The position numbers were made by a program, and so were the translations under genes. The notes beneath the pieces are model-generated. The model was not told the DNA's origin. It did not search any database and saw nothing but the letters and a program-made list of their open reading frames with translations. A stretch of 64,000 bases of DNA from Octopus vulgaris (lineage: Eukaryota), in the NCBI GenBank assembly GCA_951406725.2, contig OX597835.1, positions 50,344,001 through 50,408,000 of the forward strand, in the 5' to 3' direction. Positions 27,122-38,368 of this stretch are shown piece after piece. How positions within the stretch are numbered: position 1 is the stretch's first letter; the number at the start of each line of letters is the position of its first letter.

Positions 27122-27961
27122 GTAAAATGAGTTTATCATGTGTCAAGTAAAATGTTGGGAGTAGATATGGTGTGGAAAAGTTTTTTTAACATTTTGTCTT
27201 GCCTTCATTGTGATTATGTGTGTGTAACATTTTGATCTGCAGACACAAACTACATATTAACATACCATATCCTTTTCAAGTTCTATAGAGAATGCACACA
27301 CACACACACACACATGGCTCAGTTTCCTAACTGAAACTTGTTGGAAGCCAGTGAAGTAACCAAACAGTTCCTTTTATGTTCTCTTCACTCTAATTTACCA
27401 AGTGTCCACAGTTCTCTCTCCTCCTCCAGTAGTTCTTATCATTATCTCCTCTCCCTATGCCACCCACCAGGGTCTATAAGAGAGGAGGTCAACCTTGGCT
27501 AGTACATTGATCCTGGGCCCATAGATCCAATTGGAGCTGTAAAAATCTGACAGGTACCTTCCATCAAAAATAAAAAATAAAAAAGGCCTTCTTGACTTCT
27601 TTGAATTTTAAGAAGGAATAAAGAAGATCTGGAAACATTTTTATCCTGCCTTATATCATTTCTCTCTATGGCCTTGCCACCTGTTCCTTTTTTTCTCATT
27701 CTTCACTGTTAAAAGTTTGTCTCCTTGGCACAACCAGAATAATCAGGAAAGTATCAGATAGTTGAAAAGAACAGATAGCATGGCACTGTAAGCTGCAGGT
27801 AGCAAGCCTGCTATGCATGTAAAACTCCAGGAGTTCCAACAGACCTGTGTTAAAAAGGATAATATTAATAATAATTTCTAGCATAGGCTCCAAGGTTTCA
27901 AATTTGCTAAGTGGGATATAGTGTAATGTTGAGAAACATCAAAGAATTATGCCAATTACTA

Positions 27962-29257
27962 TCAGGTCTTCCCATAAGTTCTGTTTGATTTTACCTTTTT
28001 TAAAATTTAATGAAATTTAATAGTATTTTAGAATGTCTAATTGAATTAAAAATTATTTTTATGCATTTGTGTACTTTTAAACTAATTAAATATTATTTTA
28101 TAGAATTAAAATTTCTTTGACTAAAAAACCCATTCTAACATGGAAGTATCCAAAGAGCATTTGAGGCACATAATGCTTTATGAGTACAAAAATGGAAACT
28201 CTGCAGCCGAAGCAACTTGAAACATTCACTCAGTTTATGGGAAAGAATGCTTGAATGAAAGAACTTGCAGAAGATGGTTTGCAAAATTCAGAAGTGGAGA
28301 TTTCAGCCTTGAATATGAAGATGGAACAGTACGTCCAGTTGAGTTTGATGATAAGCTCCTTGAGACATTACTCGAAGAAAATCCTGAATTATTAGTTTTG
28401 CATTATCAGTATTGGCAATAAAGTTTAGTTCAAACCATACAACTGTTCATCGTTATCTTCAACAACTTGAAAAGGTTCCTAAACTTGGAAAATGTATGCC
28501 TCATGAACTGTCTGAAAGCAACCGCAAATCTTGAGTTGACATCTGCTCTTCTCTCCATTGTTGCAAACTCATTTCACCCTTTTTGGATACACTTGTGACT
28601 GGTGATGAAAAATGGATCTTCTATCGAAATGTTAAACGTCGTAAACAGTGGCTTGGTAAAAGGGAAAAAGCTCAACCACAACCGAGAAGGGAACTTCATG
28701 GAAAAAAGGTTCGTCTCTCTATCTGGTGGGTTTGCAAAGGAGTAATTCACTTTGAATTGTTACCACTTAATGCAACAATCAATGATCAAGTCTCTTGTCA
28801 GCAATTAGAGCATTTGAACCAAGCTTTGAAGAAAAAAAGACCTGCTTTAGTGAATCAAAAAGGAGTAATGTTTCATCAGGACAATGTGTGACCCCACACT
28901 GCAAAGATCACATCATAGAAGATCGAAGAGAGCTTGGTTGGGAAAAAATTCCTCATCCACCATATTCTCCCAACCTTGCTCTTTGAGGCTACCATTTGTT
29001 TCATAATTTACAGAATCATCTGGGGTGGGGGCATAACTTTCACAAGCCAGGAGGAGGTTGAAACTGACATTTCAGAATTCTTCGCTTTGAAACCAAAAGA
29101 GTTTTACATTGATGGGATTAAAAAGCCTGTAAATAGATGGAAGGAAGTCATAGATAATCAGGGAAAGTGCATTGATGATTAAATTTCAATTAAATATAAC
29201 ATTTGATCACTTGTTTTCTTTATTCAAAATTCAGGCAGAACTTATGGCCTGCCCTCA
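27962..29257 (+). mobile_element. Full-length decayed mariner transposon (1296 bp)
   Basis: TA at both ends; imperfect TIRs of about 30 bp (TCAGGTCTTCCCATAAGTTCTG / CAGAACTTATGGCCTGCCCTCA). Confidence 0.9.
28140..29182 (+). pseudogene. Mariner DDD transposase pseudogene
   Basis: MEVSKEHLRHIMLYEY...RRWFAKFRSGDFSLE, MPHEL, LVTGDEKWIFY, HQDN and HPPYSPNLA motifs, with stops and frameshifts. Confidence 0.92.
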
Positions 29258-29329
29258 TATATATATCTTGCATCTCAATGATGTTAAGTTTAATTTGTAT
29301 TCTTGTATGCTGTTTGCTTTTGTTCCCAG

Positions 29330-29466
29330 TATATTGCCTACAAAGTCCAGATCAACTTGAAGAGCTGCTGCTGTTCATTGGTGAAATACAGTAAGAGGGT
29401 TCTTCAGATGTCAATGACGCAGTTTCGTTCCTCCTTAGACTACAGACCAGGCAGTGAATCTTGCAG
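29330..29466 (+). CDS. VPS13: VPS13 exon 11
   Basis: tcccag acceptor; YIAYKVQINLKSCCCSLVKYSKRVLQMSMTQFRSSLDYRPGSESC(R); GTAAGG donor. Confidence 0.88.
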
Positions 29467-30014
29467 GTAAGGAAAAAATAACCGTTCAACTGAACAACCT
29501 CTCAAAGTGTTAAAAGCTTCTTACTTGGCCATTTTGCCCTGATTGCATGCTCGCGAGCACGCACACACACACACCATTGACAGGTGAGTGTGTGTGTGTG
29601 TGCATGTGTGTGTGTGTGTGTGCATGTGTGTGTGTGTGTGTGCATGTATCTTTTATCTTTAATCCATTACGTGTATCAGTCAATAGACTGTGGCCATGCT
29701 TGGGCATCGCCTTCAAGAAATTTTAGTTGAATGAATCAACCCCAGTCCATATTTTATTTTAAAAAAAAGCCTGGTACTTATTCTGTTGGTATTTTTTGCC
29801 AAACCACTAAGTTACCGGGATGTAAAAACAACAACACCACTTGTCAAGTAGTGGTGGAACACACACAAACATATACGACAGGCTTCCATCAGTTTCCATA
29901 AACTATATTCACTCACAAGACTTTGGTCAGCCTGAAGCTGTAGTTGGAGACACTTGCCCAACCCAGAACCATGTGGTTGGGGAGCAAATGTCTTACCATG
30001 CAGTCATGCTTGTA

Positions 30015-30049
<35 letters not shown>

Positions 30050-30078
30050 GTAAATGTAATGTGTGACAATTATTCGGT

Positions 30079-30150
30079 AACCATGATAAAACTCTGAGTT
30101 TCGGATGTTGGGGCAGAAACCCACACTGCCATCTCTTCAGTTATCCGGCC
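30079..30150 (-). ncRNA. Type I hammerhead ribozyme motif
   Basis: - strand: GAUAA-CUGAAGA-[GAUG GCAG...CUGC...CAUC]C-GAAA-CUCAGAG-UU|UUAUC; stems I, II and III can all form. Confidence 0.75.
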
Positions 30151-30785
30151 ATTGGAAAAATGCTATGAAAACGACCATTAAACAAAGGGAAATTACTGTG
30201 TGATTGACCGTTATTAAGACAAAAGAGCAATTAGAATGACCGCTAAGTGAGGAGAGGGAGTAAAAGTAAGGGGGTAATAAAGTTCATAGTATTCGTGTAA
30301 GTGCGCATGTCCATACCTACACATGCACGCCCGCACACCCACGTGCATGCGCCTCTAAGTATACACTCATCCACCCTCACTTGAAACACACAAGCATCTT
30401 TTGAATACTTACCCTGTAAAATAGACTCACAATATATGATACAATGAAAGACAAAGAATTTGATGCTCCTTGGTGGGTTTTCTACTCAGATTGGAAAGAG
30501 ACATACCTAAATTCCAATGTACAAGGAATCCAGAACACATCTAGCATGTCCTTTTCTCAACTGACTGGTTGTGACTTGGGAGAATTGACTACTGTTTCTA
30601 GCGTCCGTATTGGCTCAACATCTTGTTGTTGCTATGCTTGTGAATAATGATTTTCTGTTGAAATATTATTCTAGAGACATTGTTATCACATTGAAAGCTG
30701 CTCTCAGAACTGAATATGTTACTAAAAGGGAGGAAGGCCAGAGAGAGAAGGATGTAATAATTAAATTTTTGTGACTTTTATCTCT

Positions 30786-30824
<39 letters not shown>

Positions 30825-30854
30825 TGACTACTACGACGACGGGGAGGAGGAGGA

Positions 30855-31685
30855 GGCAGAAATATTAGCACACTGAGCAGAGTGCTTAATGGCATTTCTT
30901 CGAACTTTATGTTCTGAGTTCAAATGTCAATGGAGTTGCTTTTGCCTTTCATCCTTTCAGAGTTAATAAAATAACTACATGCTGGACACTGTGGTTGATA
31001 TAATTGATTTATCCTCTCCCTCAAATGTCTGGCCTCTGGCCTTGTGCCAAAATTTGAAATCAAAGCAGCAAAGGCTGACAGAATCACTGGACAAAATGTT
31101 TTGTGGTATTTTGTCTGTCTTTACATTTCTGAGTTAAAATTCCGCCAGGGTTGATTTTGACTTTCATTCTTATGGGGTTGATAAAAATAAGGACCAGCTG
31201 AGTGCAGGGGTCAATGTATTCAACTTAGCACCACCACCCCCGAAATTGCTGGCCTTAGAATTGCTCGTATGCCAGATGAAATGGCTAGCAGCATTTCATG
31301 ACTTCACATTCTGAGTTCAAAACTCACTGAGGTTAGCTTTGTCTTTCATGCTTTCAGGGTTGATGAAATAACTTCCAGTTTCATGTGGGAATCGGTGTAA
31401 ATGACTAACCACCTATCCTCAAATTACAGACTTTGTGCCTATTATAGAAAAGATTATGATAATTATTATTAAAGGTGGCAGTGGGCTCACAGAATCATTG
31501 ACACATCAGCCAATATGCTTCATTCGTCTTTACATCCTGAGTTCAAATTTCAGTGGAGATTGACTTTGCCTTTCAATCTTTCGGGGACCATGAAATTATT
31601 AACAATCCTGTACTGGGGTTAAAGTAATCAACTAGACACCCTCCTCCCCTTAAATTTCAGGCTTTGTGCCTATAGTCAAAAGGCC

Positions 31686-31690
<5 letters not shown>
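30855..31690 (+). mobile_element. Tandem array of about four 200-bp SINE units with (TTA)n tails; further copies or arrays at about 33122-33320, 40370-40925, 41350-41610, 60190-60410, 60748-61235 and 62420-62630, and - strand copies at about 15625-15822, 23105-23320, 26000-26202 and 57207-57415
   Basis: Recurring GCTGGCAGAATCGTTAGCA...GAGTTCAAATTCC...ACTTTGCCTTTCATCCTTTCGGGGTCGATAAAATAAGTACCAG; the central block resembles the Meta/MESC SINE domain as I recall it. Confidence 0.8.
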
Positions 31691-31725
<35 letters not shown>

Positions 31726-31726
<1 letters not shown>

Positions 31727-32989
31727 TATGTTTGACTTTTGCTTTATGTCTGTACAAGTTGGCTCCAAGTCTCACCCAGAGACCTCAAGAGACAACAGGT
31801 TAGAAGTTCTGTGCCATATATTTGGGGGGTTTTTTTGGGGTTTTTTTTGGTGTTGTACTAGTGAATGTCTAATACATAAAAAAAAAGAAATAATAAATAA
31901 ATAAATAAAAAAGTTTGTTTTAAACCTTGGGATTACATAGATAGTATTTTGCGTAGGATATGAGCAGTTCCCATGAGCACTATCTTTTGAATTTCTGCCA
32001 TTTTGGGGTTTCCTGGTATCTGAGTTAGGTAGCAATCAGCCCCTTTCGCTATCATTCCCAGGGCACCTATGACAACAGGTATTGTTTTAGTCTTCAGCTT
32101 CCACATTTTGCTGATTTCTATTTCAAGATCTTTATATTTGCTCAGTGTTTGGTAGGTCTTGACAGATACGTTTATATCGATTGGGACAGTCATATCAATG
32201 AGGAGGCATGTTCTTTGTCTGAAGTCTTTCAATATAATGTCTGGCCTATTTGCATCTATCTTCCTGTCAGTTTGAATGGTGAAGTTCCAGAGGAGTGAGA
32301 TGTGGTCATTTTCAAGCACAGGAGGTGGATTGTGTTCCCACCAGTTTTTTTCATGGGGCAAATCCAGGTTTTTGCAAATTACCCAGTGAATATATTGTGC
32401 AGCTCTATCATGCCTACTGAGGTACTCTGTATGCGCTAGAAGACTGCATTTGGAGACCACATGGTCAATGGTTTCATTTTGTTGTTGGCATACACGACAT
32501 GTTGGGCTACTGATGTTCTTTAATATGTTGGCCTGGTAGTTTCTTGTTGGTAGGCATTGATCTTGAGCTGCTATGATAAACTCCTGTTTCAGATTTTAAG
32601 CCAGAGGCCATTAGCCATTGATGGGTCAGGGCTTTGTCTATATCTGCATTATTCGCTCTCTTTGGGTATTTGCCATAGAGAGGTTTTTCTTGCCATTTAT
32701 TATTCAGAATATCTAAGGCCGCAGTTTTGGCACGGGTTTTCATGCGCCTAGCTTTTTCTGTGCTTGTTTCTTGTATATCTATCTCTAATTCCGAAATTGG
32801 TTGTATTCGGAATTCACTTAGATACTCCTTTGCCTGTTTTGTGACTGAGTATGATGCTTTCTTGTTTTCATGTTTTGAGACAAGTTTTAACATCCAGTCC
32901 TCAGAGTTTTTCAGGTAGGTGTCTGGGCCAATTGTAGCAATCTTCATTGTTATTGCCAGTTGCAAAGACCACGGCCTCCCTCTTTTCTT
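31726..32989 (-). mobile_element. 5'-truncated copy of R4/Dong-like family 1
   Basis: Nearly identical to 33324-34616; CCHC zinc finger and RPD...D...K endonuclease, frameshifted; (TTA)n on both sides. Confidence 0.92.
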
Positions 32990-33323
32990 ATTATTATTAT
33001 CATTATTATTATTATTATTATTATTATCATTATTATTATTATTATTATGAATATTATTATTACTAAGATGACAAGCTGGCCCTGTGCCCTGGCTAATTAA
33101 GTTACATTTATTATTATTATTTAAGGCGGCAAGCTGGCAGAATTGTTAGCATGCCAGATGAATTGCTTAGCAATATTTCACCTGTTGCTATGTTCTGAGT
33201 TCAAATTCTGCTGAGATCAACTTAACCTTTCAACCTTTCAGGGCTGGTTTAATTAACCAGTCCTCTCTTTACAAATTTCAGGCCTTCTTCAAATAATAGA
33301 AAAGGATTATTATTATTATTATT

Positions 33324-36300
33324 CTATGTTTGACTTTTGCTTTATATTTGTACAAGTTGGCTCCAAGTCTCACCCAGAGACCTCAAGAGACAACAGGGTT
33401 GGAAGTTCATGTTGTTGTTATGCCTAGTGTGCCATATATTTGGGGGGTGGGGATGTTGTACTAATGAATGTCTAAAAAGAAAAAAAAAAAAAAAAGGTTT
33501 TTTTTTTTTTTTTTTTTTTTTAAACCGAAAATTATGTTTGTTTTAAACCTTGAGATTACATAGAGAGTATTTTGCGTAGGATATGAGCAGTTCCCATGAG
33601 CACTATCTTTTGAACTTCTGCCATTTTTGGGTTTCCTGGTATCTGAGTTAGGTAGCTATCAGCCCCTTTTGCTATCATTCCCAGGGCACCTATGACAACA
33701 GGTATTGTTTTAGTCTTCAGCTTCCACATTTTGCTGATTTCTATTTCAAGATCTTTATATTTGCTCAGTTTTTGGTAGGTCTTGACAGATACGTTTATAT
33801 CGATTGGGACAGTCATATCAATGAGGAGGCATGTTCTTTGTTTGAAGTTTTTCAATATGATGTCTGGCCTATTTGCATCTATCTTCCTGTCAGTTTGAAT
33901 GGTGAAGTTCCAGAGGAGTGAGATGTGGTCATTTTCAAGCACTGGGGGTGGTTTGTGTTCCCACCAGTTTTTTTCATGGGGCAAATCCAGGTTTTTACAG
34001 ATTACCCAGTGAATATATTGTGCAGCTCTATCGTGCCTGTTGAGATACTCTGTAGGCGCTAGAAGACTGCACTTGGAGACCACATGGTCAATGGTTTCAT
34101 TTTGTTGCTTGCATACACGACACGTTGGACTGCTTCTGATCTTTAATATGTTGGCCTGGTAGTTTCTTGTTGGTAGGCATTGATCTTGAGCTGCTATGAT
34201 AAACCCCTCTGTTTCAGATTTTAAGCCAGAGGCCATTAGCCATTGATGGGTCAGGGCTTTGTCGATATCTGCATTATTCGCTCTCTTTGGGTATTTGCCA
34301 TAGAGAGGTTTTTCTTGCCATTTATTATTCAGAATATCTAAGGCCGCAGTTTTGGCACGGGTTTTCATGCGCCTAGCTTTTTCTGTGCTTGTTTCTTGTA
34401 TATCTATCTCTAATTCCGAAATTGGTTGTATTCGGAATTCACTTAGATATTCCTTTGCCTGTTTTGTGACTGAGTATGATGCTTTCTTGTTTTCATGTTT
34501 TGAGACAAGTTTTAGCATCCAGTCCTCAGAGTTTTTCAGGTAGGTGTCTAGGCCAATTGTAGCAATCTTCATTGTTATTGCCAGTTGCAAAAGACCACGG
34601 CCTCCCTCTTTTCTTGGCAGATAGAGTCGTTCTGTATCTGCCTTAGGGTGGTGCATTCTATGCATTGTCAACAGTTACCTTATTTTTCTGTCGAGCTGAC
34701 ATATTTCAGTAATTGACCAGTTAACAATATTGAAACTGTAAGTCACGACTGGTATAGCTAATGCATTGATTGCTTCGATCCTGTTTCTTGCATTCAGCTC
34801 TGTCTTGAGTATTGCTCTCACTCTTCGATAGCATTCTCTCCTGATCCTTTCCTTCATCTCTGAATGCCTTATTCCGTTCCCTTCAATTATCCCTAGGTAC
34901 TTGTAGCTCTCCGCTGGGTCTAGTTCTTTTATGACATTCTGTTGGTCAAGGTTAACGTTAGATGTTTCTGTCATTTTTCCTTTGATAAAGGTAGCCTTTG
35001 CACATTTATCGAGGCCGAATTGCATTCTGATGTCGTCACTGAATTGTTTGACTATCGCTAGTAAGCCCTTGAGTTGTTGATCATTTTTTGCAAAAAGCTT
35101 TAAATCATCCATGTAAACGAGATGATTTATATTTTTATCAAACATTTTATACCCGTACTGCGCGTCATTGAGCAGCTTTGAGAGAGGTATTAAGGATAAA
35201 CAAAAGAGGAGTGGTGACAGTGAGTCACCCTGGAAAATGCCACACGAAATTTTTACATCACCAGCATTTAGGGATTCACTGTCACTGTTCAGAGTTAGTG
35301 TGGTTCTCCATGATCTCATACTTACAGTCAAGAAGTTTCGCAGAGTTGGTGCTATCTTATACATTTCAAGGCATTTCCTAATCCAGCTATGTGGTAGGCT
35401 ATCAAAAGCCTTTTTATAGTCTATCCAGGCTATTGATAAGTTTTTGTGTCGTTTGTGACAATCTTCTAAGATCATCTTATTGATGAGTAGTTGGTCTTTA
35501 CAGCCGTAGGATCCACGTTTACATCCTTTCTGTTCATTAGGGAATATGCTGCTGTCTGTTAAAAAACTATAGGTATATTCCGTCAGGACAGATGTTAGTG
35601 TTTTGTACATAGTTGTTAAGCAAGTTATGGGTCTATAGTTTTTTGGTTCATTTGTTTCTTCACTTTTTGGAAGCAGGAATGTTAACCCATTAACTAGCCA
35701 AGGAGGCATCCTACTAGAGTGTTGCAAAACATCATTGTACAGTTCTGTTAGCAGTTCATGGCTCTCTGGGAAGGCATTCAGCCAGAAGTTAGGAATTTTA
35801 TCCTTTCCTGGAGACTTCCATTTGCTTGACCTCCTGAGAGCAGATCTTATATCTTCTACCTTGACACCCTCCCACTTTTGCTCTTCTAAGGGGTCCAGTT
35901 CTGTAGATATTCTGTCAATCCAGGGGGCCTTTTCGTTGTGTGTTTTTTCTTCTGCCCAGATTTTATTCCAAAATCTCTGCACTTCTTCTTTTTGATGGTA
36001 CAGACCCTGCAGTAAACGCTGTTTTTCCTATCTTCCTGTAAAAATTCTTGGTGTTATTTTTGAACATGTTGTTGTCCTTGAAAAATCTAACACGCTTTTC
36101 ATACCTCGCTATGCGGGCAGCTTTGGCAGATACCTTTTGTTTGATGGTTTCTATGGTGGCATCAATATCAAGTATAGTTTTCATATTGTATTTTTTCAGT
36201 AATTTTTGGGTTTTTGTAGGTTTGGTAATCTTGTGAGCCTTAAGGTTTTTCAAATATTCAATGTCAGATCTAAATATTTTAATTTGTTGTTGCAGACACT

Positions 36301-37055
36301 CTTGCCAAGAAGGCTTTTTGTGGGACTGTTGCCATTTTCTAATCTTTACACCACATAGGATTGTTGAGATTTTCGCGGATGCATAGTATAGGTGGTTGAG
36401 GTTTGTGATATCAACATCATTAACTGAAATTATATCCTTAAGTGCAAGCCGGATTTTACCAATTATTTTCATGTTTTGGTTAGAGTTGCGGATTTTAGGA
36501 AGTGTATCACGCTCATCCATGCTGGTTTCTTTAATTTTCAGCCATTCAATCATGATTTGATTTTTTAGCTCATGTAGTTCTGTTGGGTCAATATTTGTGT
36601 GACTTTCTTTATCTATTTGATGCTCATCTGTCTTAGTGTTTATGATTGGTTCAGGGCGTATTTCACTTTGCCTATCACTTATACTAACTCTTTCAATCCT
36701 CTCTTCGTTTTTATCCGCCCTGGGCTGGTCTATAATCATTTCCTCTGTATTATCTTCTCTCGCTGCAGCTTCGTTCATTTTATCCGATATTGCTTGTCTA
36801 ACCTGATCAATCTCTACTTCAGTCAGTAATTTCTTTTTTATAATGTTTCTTCTAACATTGGCAAGCTTGTTACTGTCTATGTATGGTCTTACTTCAGGGT
36901 GTTTCTGTCTCCAGTTTAAGTATGCTTGTACAGTGCTAGACTTATCTGTGGGGAAATATATGGCATGGTAGAAGGCCTCAAGAACTTCTTTATTATCTTC
37001 CCTAGACCATTTTTCCTTCTTTTTCTTTTGATTATTTGGTGATGAGCCAAATATT
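33324..37055 (-). mobile_element. Near full-length R4/Dong-like non-LTR retrotransposon (single ORF: RT, CCHC finger, restriction-like endonuclease)
   Basis: KSPGKD, NYRPITCL, IDYKKAFDS, GIFQGDSLSP, YMDDLK; CRVC...HVVSKC; RHD; NRPDII...LIDMTVP...KLSKYKDL. ORF broken by a +1 frameshift near 35990 and a TAA at 34675-34677; (TTA)n flanks. Confidence 0.93.
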
Positions 37056-37088
37056 TTATTATTATTATTGTTATTATTATTATTATTA

Positions 37089-37143
<55 letters not shown>

Positions 37144-37210
37144 CCTTATTATTATTTGCGTTGCTGGTGAAAAGCAACTTTGAATTCATTTCTTTGTTTT
37201 CTATTATCAG

Positions 37211-37302
37211 AGTTTCCTGTAACACAGAGAGCTTCTCGATAGAAGGTGTTTCTATGGAGCATGAGTTGATTCCTATTCTGACATCAGATGTTGGAGTCTA
37301 TG
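37211..37302 (+). CDS. VPS13: VPS13 exon 12
   Basis: atcag acceptor; VSCNTESFSIEGVSMEHELIPILTSDVGVY; GTGAGT donor; phase 2 to 1 bridges exons 11 and 13. Confidence 0.87.
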
Positions 37303-38097
37303 GTGAGTACCTTATAAATGGAGGAAACGTTTGGCTGGTGATGATGGTGGAGGTATTGCTGGTGTTTCCAAGCAAGGTAATATTTTCCCATGTTTATACA
37401 GAAGATTGGAGATCAAAAACATTGCTTGAATGATAGTGACACAACTATCAATTGATATCAAGATAAGGTGACATAAACACACACACACACGATTTCTTTT
37501 TCCATCTACCATAACCACTCACAAAGCTTTGGTGGGCCTCAGTGTTATAGTATGGCTCAAGGTGCCATTCAGTGGGACTGAACCCAAAGTCATATGATTG
37601 GGAAGCAGATTTATATTACCTTGCTTGGAAACACAACTACTACCACTACCACCATCATTACCATCATCAATGACCAACCAATTAATCTAACAATCAATTA
37701 GTTATCAAGTTAAATAGTTAACTAATTGACAAAATGTAATGGAAGAAGTGAAATAGAATCAGTGCCTGTGTTTATTATTGGCATAATGACCCTCCCAATA
37801 TGCAACAAAACTTAATGCTATAACATTTAAACCAGTCATATCCAGCCTAAATGTTCCATCTGTTTTATGTTCAGACCAGCCAGATTTGGCCTCTCACACC
37901 TACCCTGCAATGTCACTCTAAAAATATATTATTGCATCCTCAAAACCTTGAAGTTTCATATCACACCTGATTAATTCCCAACAATGTGACTAAATAAACC
38001 TTACCTGTAGAATAAATAAGCCTTACCTGTGAGAGAGTAATCTGACCTGAAGAAAAACCTATTTTGCTTATTCTTTTATTTTTATTTTTTTTTGCAG

Positions 38098-38210
38098 CCC
38101 CTTCAGTGAATCAAATATTTACATTAGAATTTGAGACGAAACCTTTGTATGTGGAGGCTGACTATTCCCTAAAACTCAATGTTCAGCCGGTGGAAATGGT
38201 GTATGATGAG
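38098..38210 (+). CDS. VPS13: VPS13 exon 13
   Basis: tttgcag acceptor; (A)PSVNQIFTLEFETKPLYVEADYSLKLNVQPVEMVYDE (conserved FETxP...AD...QPVExxYD); GTCAGA donor. Confidence 0.93.
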
Positions 38211-38368
38211 GTCAGACAAACTTTTTTATTATTTTCTTTTTGTTGTTGCTGTCATTTTGTTTCCTTTTTTTTTTTTTTTTAAGTAGTTTGAAAGCTAAAT
38301 CATTTTTACATTTATGAATTTGTTTTGCAAGATTTTTAATGTGAAAGCATGTGTTGAAATAGCCAGGG

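Noticed and set aside
37056-37225. Poly-Asn N-terminal extension of the retrotransposon ORF, starting antisense to exon 12
   Set aside because: (AAT)n is open in two of three frames, so read-through from host intron sequence is expected by chance; it is target microsatellite, not element sequence.
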